IMG/VR virus record: IMGVR_UViG_2866816733_000004
Coordinates: 32,001 to 96,000 of that record
Length of the DNA stretch: 64,000 bases
Direction: 5' to 3' (one strand)
Source: a virus
Taxonomy: Duplodnaviria > Caudoviricetes
Under the pieces are notes generated by a model that saw only the letters and a list, made by a program, of their open reading frames with translations, was not told the origin of the DNA and did no database searches. This document shows positions 27,060-34,962 of this stretch, in pieces (positions within the stretch are counted from its first letter, which is position 1; every line of letters begins with the position of its first letter). The position numbers were made by a program, and so were the translations under genes.

Positions 27060-28463
27060 GTGGCACGACTCGGTCGCGGCCAGCCCAACCGGCCTGTCGT
27101 CACCCGTACCTCGGTCAAGGGCCCGCTCCCCGGCACCGGGACGATCCAGGTCAACTTCACGCTGACCGGCACCGGCACCAAGCACGCGTCCGGAACCGGG
27201 ACCATCGCGCTCGGGCTCGCGCTCACGGGCACGGGCGTCAAGCACGCGCCCGGGGCGGGCGCCGTCGCCATCGCGTTCACCCTCACCGGCAGCGGCACGA
27301 AACAGACCGGTATCGGGTTGCCGCCGAGACCGCGGACCCGCTGGCAACTCATCCTTGGCCCCGCGTCGGGCGGCCATGAGCTCGCGTTGACGGAGGCGAC
27401 CGGCCGCCGCTACACGGCGCGGCTGACGGACGCGTCAGAGCTGGCGTTCTCTCTGGATGGACGGCACTCGCAGGCCGCGGCGGTCGAAGAGCTCGCTACC
27501 GATGTGCACGTGTTGTGGACCTCTGATGCGGGGGACAGTCGGCTGCTGGACCGGTGCCGGGTCGGTTCGACGCAGGACACCCTGGATGACGCCAAGCACA
27601 CGATGTCGGTTGGCTGCCTGGACTACAAGGCAGTGTTGAATCGGCGTCGGCTGTACTCCGACGCGACCCTCACCTACACCGCCAGCGATCAGGCCGAGAT
27701 CGCTTGGGCCCTGATCAACTACACGCAGGGCCTAGCCGGTGGTGCCCTCGGCATCGCCAAAGGATGGGTTGGGACAACACCGACGGGCGTGGTCCGTGAC
27801 CGGACGTACGAGGTCGGCGATTCCGTCGGCGAACGCGTCCAGGAGCTCAGCGAGGTCATCGACGGTTTCGACTGGGACGTCACGCCGGTCAGCGCGTCCG
27901 CTCTGCGGCTGGACGTGTGGTCACCGCAGCGGGGCTCTGATCGGGGCGTGGTTCTGGAGTTCGGCGGGATCGTCGCTGCGGCGACCAGGGACACCAACCC
28001 TGCCGACTACGCCAACGCGCTCCGGTATACCGGCGCTGCCGGTGATGACGTGGCCCCGGGCCCGACGGCTCAGGAGAGACAGGCCGGCGACATCGGCTCC
28101 GTCTTGCAGGGTCGCTGGGATGCGGTGTTCGGCGACGACGGCCTCACCACCCAGTCCGCGCTTGACGACCGCGCGGACTGGCAGCTGGCGCAGTCGCAGG
28201 TGGTCCGCCCGGTCTGGACGGTCACGCTGCGCGCCGGCGCGTGGGATGGGCCCGACCACATCTGGCTGGGTGACCCAGTCCGGTTGATTGTCAGATCCGG
28301 GCGGCTCGCCGTCGACACCACACTCCGGGTGTTCGAGGTCGAGATCGGGCTGGACGGCAACGGCGGCGAGTCAGTGCAGCTCGCGCTTGGCGGACCACGT
28401 CCAGACTACCGGAGGCGCCCGTCGCTGGTGGATCGGCGGCTGACGAACCTGGAGAGGCGGTAG
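27060..28463 (+). CDS. baseplate hub/minor tail protein (Gp37-like)
   Basis: VQELSEVIDGFDWDV, RGSDRGVVLEFGG, LGDPVRL; synteny. Confidence 0.72.
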   Translation: MARLGRGQPNRPVVTRTSVKGPLPGTGTIQVNFTLTGTGTKHASGTGTIALGLALTGTGVKHAPGAGAVAIAFTLTGSGTKQTGIGLPPRPRTRWQLILGPASGGHELALTEATGRRYTARLTDASELAFSLDGRHSQAAAVEELATDVHVLWTSDAGDSRLLDRCRVGSTQDTLDDAKHTMSVGCLDYKAVLNRRRLYSDATLTYTASDQAEIAWALINYTQGLAGGALGIAKGWVGTTPTGVVRDRTYEVGDSVGERVQELSEVIDGFDWDVTPVSASALRLDVWSPQRGSDRGVVLEFGGIVAAATRDTNPADYANALRYTGAAGDDVAPGPTAQERQAGDIGSVLQGRWDAVFGDDGLTTQSALDDRADWQLAQSQVVRPVWTVTLRAGAWDGPDHIWLGDPVRLIVRSGRLAVDTTLRVFEVEIGLDGNGGESVQLALGGPRPDYRRRPSLVDRRLTNLERR

Positions 28464-28466
28464 GGA

Positions 28467-28757
28467 GTGACGGCTGCCTTGGCCCAGGTTCCGTGGCAGA
28501 CGCTGCTGGCTAGCGGTCTGGTGGCGGGCCTGCTCGCCACGATCGTGCTGATCGTCCGGTCGATCATCCAAGGCGCGCTTGTTCCCCGCCAGCATCTGCT
28601 GGACGTGCAGGCCGAGCGCGACAAATGGGAGGCCGCATGGCGGGTACAGCAGGAGACGCTCGCCGAGATCGATGGCCGGCTGGACGCCAACACCGAGGCG
28701 CTGAGGCTCATGCAGCAGCTGGTGGACGCGCTGGCGACGAAGGGGTCGGCGCGGTGA
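28467..28757 (+). CDS. membrane protein (lysis cassette)
   Basis: One TM helix followed by G.LVPR...RDKW.AAW coiled coil. Confidence 0.72.
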   Translation: MTAALAQVPWQTLLASGLVAGLLATIVLIVRSIIQGALVPRQHLLDVQAERDKWEAAWRVQQETLAEIDGRLDANTEALRLMQQLVDALATKGSAR

Positions 28758-28957
28758 GGCTGCCGTGGCGGCGACGCCGCGATGACGCCATTCCCTCCGA
28801 CGCCGACGAAGCGTTGGAGCTCAGCGAGCAGCGGCGGGAGCAGGCCGTCGAGCGACGTGCGGAGTTCGACCGGCTCGCCGAGCGGATGCGGCGTATGCGG
28901 ACGACCAACCATTTGGCGGAGCGGTTCGCGCAGGCTTTGAGGGAGGGGCGTCGTTGA
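28754..28957 (+). CDS. small lysis-cassette protein
   Basis: VRLPWRRRR...NHLAERF; coupled overlaps on both sides. Confidence 0.68.
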   Translation: MRLPWRRRRDDAIPSDADEALELSEQRREQAVERRAEFDRLAERMRRMRTTNHLAERFAQALREGRR

Positions 28958-29277
28958 TCCAGTTGCTCGGCACCATCGGCCTGGTCGCGGGCGCCGTGGC
29001 GGCCACCGCGTTCGTGGGGCTGTACCACCTGTCGGCGCGCTGGTGGCGCAGCGAGGAGGGCATTCACCTGATGGCGTTCACCGGTGCGCTGGCGGTGGTG
29101 TTCGACTGGCAGTCGGTGCGGGCGCTCATCGTCGGCATGCGGCAGGTGTCGCTGGGTGTGGAGATCACGCGTGCCGCCATCTACTGCACGGTGGCGGCCC
29201 TGCTGGTGTGGCGGCTGTGGCTGCTGTACCGGCTGCAGATTCGGCCGGGGATGAAGCGTGAGAGGGGCAGGCAGTGA
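28954..29277 (+). CDS. putative holin (three TM helices)
   Basis: Three hydrophobic segments; WWRSEEG.HLMAF. Confidence 0.7.
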   Translation: MIQLLGTIGLVAGAVAATAFVGLYHLSARWWRSEEGIHLMAFTGALAVVFDWQSVRALIVGMRQVSLGVEITRAAIYCTVAALLVWRLWLLYRLQIRPGMKRERGRQ

Positions 29278-29414
29278 GCGAGATCGAGCACATGGGCGAG
29301 GTCGACCGGCATCCGGGCGTGCACCGGGCGACGGAGGCCGACGAGGAGCAGGTGCTGCGGGGGCTGTACGGCGAGCCCGACCAGTACGGCGTGTTCCAGG
29401 GGGTGGAGGGCTGA
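29274..29414 (+). CDS. small acidic protein (46 aa; not in the ORF track)
   Basis: Manual translation VSEIEHMGEV...EADEEQVLRGLYGEPDQYGVFQGVEG; GTGA and TGATG coupling. Confidence 0.6.
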   Translation: MSEIEHMGEVDRHPGVHRATEADEEQVLRGLYGEPDQYGVFQGVEG

Positions 29415-29893
29415 TGACCCGGGGTCCTGATTTGAGGCAACGAAAGAAGCGCGCAGACAGCGGCCGGGTTTCCTGGCCGCTCTTCTTTTCCCATATTGCG
29501 CTTCCGGATGAAAACAACTGCATGGAGTGGGTGGGCCCGGCAGGTGAAGCGACCCTCGGCTTCAAGTACGGACGCCATGGAGCGCGCACCGCGCACCGGA
29601 TGGCCTACGAGTACTGGCACGGCCCCATCCCCCACGGCCTGGTCATCGACCACGTGTACGCCTGGGGGTGCCGGAGCACCTTGTGCTGTGCACCTGACCA
29701 TCTCGAAGCCGTCACGCAGGCCGAGAACGTCGCACGCGGCCATAAGGGTGCCCTGTTCACGCACTGCCAGAGCGGCCACGAGATGACTTCGGCGAACACC
29801 TATGTCCGGAAGGACGGACGCGGTCGACAGTGCCGTCGGTGCAAGGCCGACCGCGAACGCATCCGGCAGCGCGCCTTGAAGGAGGCGGGCTGA
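29414..29893 (+). CDS. HNH (His-Cys type) homing endonuclease
   Basis: CMEWVG, AHRMAY, IDH...C...CC.PDHLE.VT..EN; C-terminal THCQSGHE...RQCRRC. Confidence 0.88.
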   Translation: MTRGPDLRQRKKRADSGRVSWPLFFSHIALPDENNCMEWVGPAGEATLGFKYGRHGARTAHRMAYEYWHGPIPHGLVIDHVYAWGCRSTLCCAPDHLEAVTQAENVARGHKGALFTHCQSGHEMTSANTYVRKDGRGRQCRRCKADRERIRQRALKEAG

Positions 29894-30663
29894 TGACCGT
29901 AAGCAGCATGCTGGCCGAGGCGCGACGATGGCTCGGTACTAATGGCCGGCCGAACGCTCTGACGATGGCGTATGCCTCTCGGCACGGTGCCGACTATCGC
30001 AGCACGGCATGGTGTGACATCGCCGTGACTGAGTGGGCCCGCCGCTCCGGCAACACCGCCGCCGTCCTGCCAGGCGGGGATCGGGCCTACACGGTGTGGC
30101 ACGCGGAGGACTTCCAGAAGGCCGGACGCTGGCACACCGGCACCACGGCCGAGGTGAACGCGGCCAAGCCGGGCGACATCGTGTTCTTCGACTGGGGCGC
30201 GACCAACTCGATGGACGCCATCGACCACGTGGGCGTCATCGAGAGGGTGCTCGGTGACGGGCGGGTTCAGACGATCGAGGGCAACACCTCCGACCAGTGC
30301 CTGCGGCGCGTGCGCTCGGCCGACGTCATCGCCGGGTACGGCCGCCCGGCCTACAGCAACGAGGAGGACGACATGCCGCTCAGCGACGCCGACCTGAACA
30401 AGATCCGCGACATCGTGTGGAACACCGACACCGCCCCGGCTCCGACCGGCTCGGCGACCAAGGACAACCCGACGTGGCGGCACGTCAACCTGATGCGCGA
30501 CACCTACAGCGCGGTCCGCGAGGTGCAGGCGCTGGTGGCCGCGCTGGCCGGCCAGGTGCCCGACGTGGACGAGGCCGCGATCGCCCAGCACGTCGTGAAC
30601 GCGCTCCCCGAGACGCTCGCCCAGCAGGTGCTCGACGGGCTGAAGACCCGGCTGGAGAGCTGA
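29893..30663 (+). CDS. endolysin, CHAP domain
   Basis: AWCDIAV, PGDIVFFDW, DHVGVIE, TIEGNT. Confidence 0.9.
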   Translation: MTVSSMLAEARRWLGTNGRPNALTMAYASRHGADYRSTAWCDIAVTEWARRSGNTAAVLPGGDRAYTVWHAEDFQKAGRWHTGTTAEVNAAKPGDIVFFDWGATNSMDAIDHVGVIERVLGDGRVQTIEGNTSDQCLRRVRSADVIAGYGRPAYSNEEDDMPLSDADLNKIRDIVWNTDTAPAPTGSATKDNPTWRHVNLMRDTYSAVREVQALVAALAGQVPDVDEAAIAQHVVNALPETLAQQVLDGLKTRLES

Positions 30664-30734
30664 CCAGTCTTTATGCCGGATCCGGCAAGAACGTGGCGGC
30701 ATCCGTCGCCCGGTGACCCGAGGAGGTCGCACCC

Positions 30735-31079
30735 ATGAAGGTCTTCGGATATGAACCGGCCGTCATCGCCTACGCGGTGAACGCCGCCGTGGCGCTGCTG
30801 GTCGCCTACGGGCTGGACCTGTCGCAGGGCCAGGTGGAGGCCGTCGCCGTCATCACCACGGGCGTCCTGGCGGCGGTCGCGGCCGTGATGACCCGCCCGG
30901 TCGTGGTGTCCACCATCACCGGCGCTGCGGCCACCATCCTGACCGCGTTGGCCGCCTTCAAGATCGAGCTGACCGCCGACCAGATCGGCGCGACCGTCAC
31001 GGGGCTGTCCATCGTGCTTGCGCTGCTGCTGCGGCAAAACGTGTCCCCGGCGCCGGGCGTGACGGCGAGGCGCCCTTGA
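30735..31079 (+). CDS. holin-like membrane protein
   Basis: MKVFGYEPA, multiple TM helices, RQNVSP; follows endolysin. Confidence 0.8.
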   Translation: MKVFGYEPAVIAYAVNAAVALLVAYGLDLSQGQVEAVAVITTGVLAAVAAVMTRPVVVSTITGAAATILTALAAFKIELTADQIGATVTGLSIVLALLLRQNVSPAPGVTARRP

Positions 31080-31169
31080 GCCCGGCGTTCGTCGGCCGGA
31101 TCCGGACCGGCGCGGGCACCCCTGACCCATAGACTGATTCTGCCCGGTATCCGGGCGTGGGGACAGCGC

Positions 31170-31212
31170 ACGAACGCCCGCCTTCCTTCGGGAGGGCAGG
31201 CGTTTCGTCGTT
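31170..31212. terminator. GC-rich hairpin terminator (C-TTCG-G loop)
   Basis: ACGAACGCCCGCCTTCC-TTCG-GGAGGGCAGGCGTTTCGT at the end of the late operon. Confidence 0.72.
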
Positions 31213-31270
31213 CTCTTGAGACGGTTTCAAGTGCGGGCTCGCCGATCAAGGTCCTTCAGGTTCCCGCGCA

Positions 31271-31317
31271 ACGACGCCTCGTCCTCTGCTTCGGCGGAGG
31301 GCGGGGCGTTTCGTCGT
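31271..31317. terminator. second, related hairpin terminator
   Basis: ACGACGCCTCGTCCTCTGC-TTCG-GCGGAGGGCGGGGCGTTTCGTCGT. Confidence 0.72.
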
Positions 31318-31325
31318 GTGCGAGG

Positions 31326-31547
31326 TCAGGTGGGCTCCTCGTAGAAGCCGTCCAGATGTTGATCCAGCTCAGCCAGATCCGGGTGCGCTGCGATCTCGCG
31401 CCGATCCGCTTCTCGCATTGCCGCCTCGGCTACCAGGGTCGTAGCCGCCGCCTCCAGCATCTCCGCGTCCCCGCGTAGGAGGGCGGCCCTGAGGCGCATC
31501 ATGGCAGCACGGAACTCGGGATCATCCGGGGATGTCGTGGCGCTCAC
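31326..31547 (-). CDS. hypothetical protein
   Basis: 73 aa, coupled to the upstream HTH-like gene. Confidence 0.55.
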   Translation of the reverse strand: MSATTSPDDPEFRAAMMRLRAALLRGDAEMLEAAATTLVAEAAMREADRREIAAHPDLAELDQHLDGFYEEPT

Positions 31548-31909
31548 TGTTCCGGGCCTTCTGGGCGCGGTGCCCCGGCCAGGGCCTTCCGCATCGAGGC
31601 GGCCATCTCCGTGACCGCTGCGCTGAGCCGCTCGAACTGGGGAGCGAGTTCCGCGAACTTCTTGGCCGACCGGGCCAGCGCGACCGACTGCAGGCGCTTC
31701 AGGGTGGTGGGCCGGGACGCGATCCCGGCGGCGTGCACGCGGCGGGCGATCTCGTTGACGGACACGCCTGAGCGGTGGATCACGAACAGGTACTGCCAGA
31801 ACGCCTGATCGACTTCGTCCTTTCGGGCGTCGAGTTCGAGCTTCGTGGCGATGATGGCGTCCACGTCGTCGGTGGTGAGCTGGCGGGCGGGTTCGATGTG
31901 GGTGTCCAT
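31544..31909 (-). CDS. HTH-like DNA-binding protein
   Basis: GVSVNEIARRV....SRPTTLKRL; AGGAGG RBS. Confidence 0.62.
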   Translation of the reverse strand: MDTHIEPARQLTTDDVDAIIATKLELDARKDEVDQAFWQYLFVIHRSGVSVNEIARRVHAAGIASRPTTLKRLQSVALARSAKKFAELAPQFERLSAAVTEMAASMRKALAGAPRPEGPEQ

Positions 31910-31923
31910 GCGGGCCTCCTGAT

Positions 31924-31984
31924 GGTCAAAGGACTTGACCTCTACTATGCAGTCAAATCCTTTGACCGGTCAAGATATTTGACC
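31924..31984. promoter_or_regulatory. three 17-bp palindromic operators RGTCAA-N5-TTGACC
   Basis: Copies at 31924-31940, 31951-31967 and 31968-31984. Confidence 0.78.
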
Positions 31985-32039
31985 GAAGAATCTGAGGTGT
32001 GTCCATGACCTGCACGAACACATGCCCTACCCTGACCGC

Positions 32040-32268
32040 ATGGCCACACGAACCTGCCCAAACGGCCACGCGCTTCGCCCCGGCCACGTCCTCGTCGGCT
32101 GGTCACCCTGCACCTGCACCTCCGCGTGGGGCGAGCACAAGGGCCACCGCACCGTGCGAGGCGTGCCGTGCGGTCGGGGAGACGATGGTGCGATACCAGC
32201 CCGAGCACATCGGCGGCGGCCACCCCAACCGGCGCACCCGACCGGCGGGACCGCAGGAACCTGACTAG
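32040..32268 (+). pseudogene. probable frameshifted zinc-finger protein
   Basis: MATRTCPNGH...PCTC...GHRT in one frame continues as CEACR...YQPEH in another near 32153. Confidence 0.45.
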
Positions 32269-32534
32269 GGAGGGCCCCGGCCGGACCGCTGACCTTGGCA
32301 CGGTCACAGCGGTGCCGGCCGGAGCAGCACGGCCTGGAGGCATGGGGATGCCCCCAAGCGAGTGGATGCGGGCCGGGAAGCCGGGAAAGATCTCCGGCCC
32401 GCACCCCACCCCCCAAGTGGACGGCGCCCCGTGCGGGGTGCAGGGCGCCGACCCACACCTAGAGATCCACTTGGTAGAACAAGCACGTTTCGGTCAGCTT
32501 CTGAAGCATGGCCTAGGCCAAGGCGCGTTCGCGC

Positions 32535-32556
32535 AGTACCTAGGATCCTAGGTACT
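32535..32556. promoter_or_regulatory. perfect 22-bp palindrome, probable GntR operator
   Basis: AGTACCTAGGATCCTAGGTACT about 50 bp upstream of the GntR gene. Confidence 0.62.
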
Positions 32557-32603
32557 CAGGACCCGAGGTAGAGAGGAACCTTGCCGCCTTTACGGTCCCC
32601 AGC

Positions 32604-33020
32604 ATGCAACGGCGCATCGACCGCACCTCCGACCGGGCTTGGTTCCGGCAACTCGCGGACATCATCCGGGATCGAATCGACTCGGGGGAGTGGCAGCCAG
32701 GCCGCAACCTGCCAAGCGAAGCCCACCTGGGACAAGAGCACGAGGTCAGTCAGCTCACCGTCCGTCGCGCCTTTGTAATCCTCCGCGCCGAGGGATGGGT
32801 GGAGTCCGTGCGGGGGATGCCCTGGAGGGTCCGTGAGCGAGAGGGACCAACCACGGTGGAGCTCAAACCCGGTGACCAGGTCACCGCGCGGGTCGCGACT
32901 CGGGCTGATCAAGAGCGGCACGACATCCCCGAGGGCACCCTGCTGCTCGTCGTGTCCAGGGAAGGGCAGCCGGACCGGGTGTACCGTGCAGACGAAGCCG
33001 TGGGTGAGGTCCCTGACTAG
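32604..33020 (+). CDS. GntR-family winged-HTH regulator
   Basis: QLADIIRDRIDSGEWQPGRNLPSE..L..EHEVS..TVRRA...LRAEG. Confidence 0.88.
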   Translation: MQRRIDRTSDRAWFRQLADIIRDRIDSGEWQPGRNLPSEAHLGQEHEVSQLTVRRAFVILRAEGWVESVRGMPWRVREREGPTTVELKPGDQVTARVATRADQERHDIPEGTLLLVVSREGQPDRVYRADEAVGEVPD

Positions 33021-33211
33021 CGCCGGTTACCGCTGTGCCGGTCGTGAGCCTGGGTATCCACTGTTGAGTTAGCGAAGCGGTACCGTTCCTGCCTGAAGAT
33101 ACGTTCGTCGAGCAGGTGCCCTCAGACTCACACTTCGATCCCCAGTTTTGCAAGGTGCAGAAATAGTTGCTTTTCTCCACGTCAGAACCCACCTTCGAAA
33201 ACTGAGCCCTG

Positions 33212-34102
33212 ATGATCGAGCCCACCGACCTCACCGCCGCGCGGTGGAGCCCCGCCGTGCGGCGGCAACGCCTCGCCGGCGTCCTCGCCGACCTCCGCGA
33301 CCGTGACGGACGCACCGCCGAGCAAATCGCCAGCGAACTCGGTGTCGCCAAGACCACCGTCATCCGCCTGGAGAACCCCAGGCATCTCACCTTGCCCAAG
33401 CGAGAACTCATCGAGCGGCTCCTGGACGTCTACCGGGCAGGCACCGCCACCCGGAAGCGCGTACGCGACCTTGTCGACGAAGCCCGGCAACGGGACTGGT
33501 GGCACCCCTACAAGCCCTACCTCCGACCCGCCCACACCACCTACCTTGGCCTCGAAGCGGAGACCGCTGTCCAGCGGATCTACCAGCCCACCCTGCTCCC
33601 CGGACTTCTGCAGACGGCCGCCTACAGCGCAATCACCGTCAAGGAACAACACCCGGCCCTGCCCGAGCGCGAGGCTGAGGCGTTCACCGCCGAGCGCCGG
33701 GCCAGGCACGAGCGCATGTTGACCGGCCCAGACCCGATCCGCCTCTGGGCCGTCCTGGGCGAAGCCGCGCTACTGCAGGCCGTTGGCGGCCCCCGCGTGA
33801 TGGCCGAACAGCTCGACTACCTGCACCGCATGGCGCAACTCCCGCACGTCACCATCACCATCGTCCCCTTCTCCGCAGGCGCACACGAAGGTCTCGCCCC
33901 GTTCGTGATCCTCACGTTTCCGCAGCCCACCGACCCGGAACTGGCCTACATTCCCGACCCGGTCGGGCACTGGGTCCGGACCCGCGAAGACGTGGACCAC
34001 CTCGTCGGAGTCTTCGAGCGGCTGATGCTGCTGCTACCCGACCGCGACGCGAACCTGCAGATGATCGCCGCCGCGGCTCAGCGGTTCCGAGCCGAGACCT
34101 AA
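33212..34102 (+). CDS. XRE-HTH plus DUF5753 regulator
   Basis: RRQRLAG.L..LR, TVIRLEN, WW, YLGLEAE, PGLLQT..Y, WAVLGEAAL...VGG..VM.EQL. Confidence 0.88.
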   Translation: MIEPTDLTAARWSPAVRRQRLAGVLADLRDRDGRTAEQIASELGVAKTTVIRLENPRHLTLPKRELIERLLDVYRAGTATRKRVRDLVDEARQRDWWHPYKPYLRPAHTTYLGLEAETAVQRIYQPTLLPGLLQTAAYSAITVKEQHPALPEREAEAFTAERRARHERMLTGPDPIRLWAVLGEAALLQAVGGPRVMAEQLDYLHRMAQLPHVTITIVPFSAGAHEGLAPFVILTFPQPTDPELAYIPDPVGHWVRTREDVDHLVGVFERLMLLLPDRDANLQMIAAAAQRFRAET

Positions 34103-34887
34103 GGTTTGCGGGCGACGCCGCCCAGCAGCAGATGCGGCCCCAACTCCATTGGTGCCACCGGCCGCCACTCCCGCACCTCTACCAGCCCGGGGTCCTCCAG
34201 GGGCCACCCGCAGAACATGCCCGCGATCTCGTCCCGGGAACGGATCGCTACACCACCCGCCGGCGCGTACACCGCCTCCAGGTCCGCGAGCAGCTCAGCC
34301 GGAGCACCATCGGACGCCATGTGTGAAACGGCCAGGAAACTCCCGGCCGGGACGGCATCGGCGTACCGGGTCACGACACCCGCAGCGTCGCCCACGACAT
34401 AGTGCAGCACCGCAAGCATCAAGATCCCGACGGGCTCATCGAAATCGATCAGCCGACGCGTCTCCGCCGCGGCGAGCACCTGGTCGACGTCCCGCACGTC
34501 GGCCTCCACATAGCCGGTCCGCTGCCCGGATCCCCACATCGCGCGAGCATGGCTGTGCGCCGTCGGGTCCTTCTCCACATACACCACCCGCGCGTCACCC
34601 GCATGCGAGCCGAGGATCTCGTGGACGTTGCCCCCGGCCACCGGCTTCGGCTTCCCCGCCCCGAGATCGAGGATCTGCCGGATACCGCGCTCGGCGAGGA
34701 AGCCGACGACACGTTCCAGGAACTGTGCGTTCGCGACAGCGTTGGAAGCGAGGCCCGGCCACTTCGCCTCGTAGGCGTGCACGATCTCCCGGTCGGTGAG
34801 GGTGTTGTCGTCTCCGCCGGTGGTGTAGTTGTAGGCGCCCGCCAGGCTGATGTGAGTGGGGTCAACGTCCCGTTGAGGATCGTCCAT
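34099..34887 (-). CDS. SAM-dependent methyltransferase (actinomycete Methyltransf_19 type)
   Basis: YNY..GG.DN...DRE, GIRQILDLGAG, RVVYVEKDP, IDFDEPVGILM.AVLHYV, PAGSFLAVSH. Confidence 0.88.
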   Translation of the reverse strand: MDDPQRDVDPTHISLAGAYNYTTGGDDNTLTDREIVHAYEAKWPGLASNAVANAQFLERVVGFLAERGIRQILDLGAGKPKPVAGGNVHEILGSHAGDARVVYVEKDPTAHSHARAMWGSGQRTGYVEADVRDVDQVLAAAETRRLIDFDEPVGILMLAVLHYVVGDAAGVVTRYADAVPAGSFLAVSHMASDGAPAELLADLEAVYAPAGGVAIRSRDEIAGMFCGWPLEDPGLVEVREWRPVAPMELGPHLLLGGVARKP

Positions 34888-34962
34888 AACCTGTGTCTAC
34901 ACCCCCGACCTGGAGCGAGGCCAGCCCGATAAGTAGAGCACCTACCCGGCTGGCCTGCAGAA

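Noticed and set aside
23865-28463. Diversity-generating retroelement or invertible tail-fibre cassette
   Set aside because: No reverse transcriptase, invertase or template/variable repeat pair seen.
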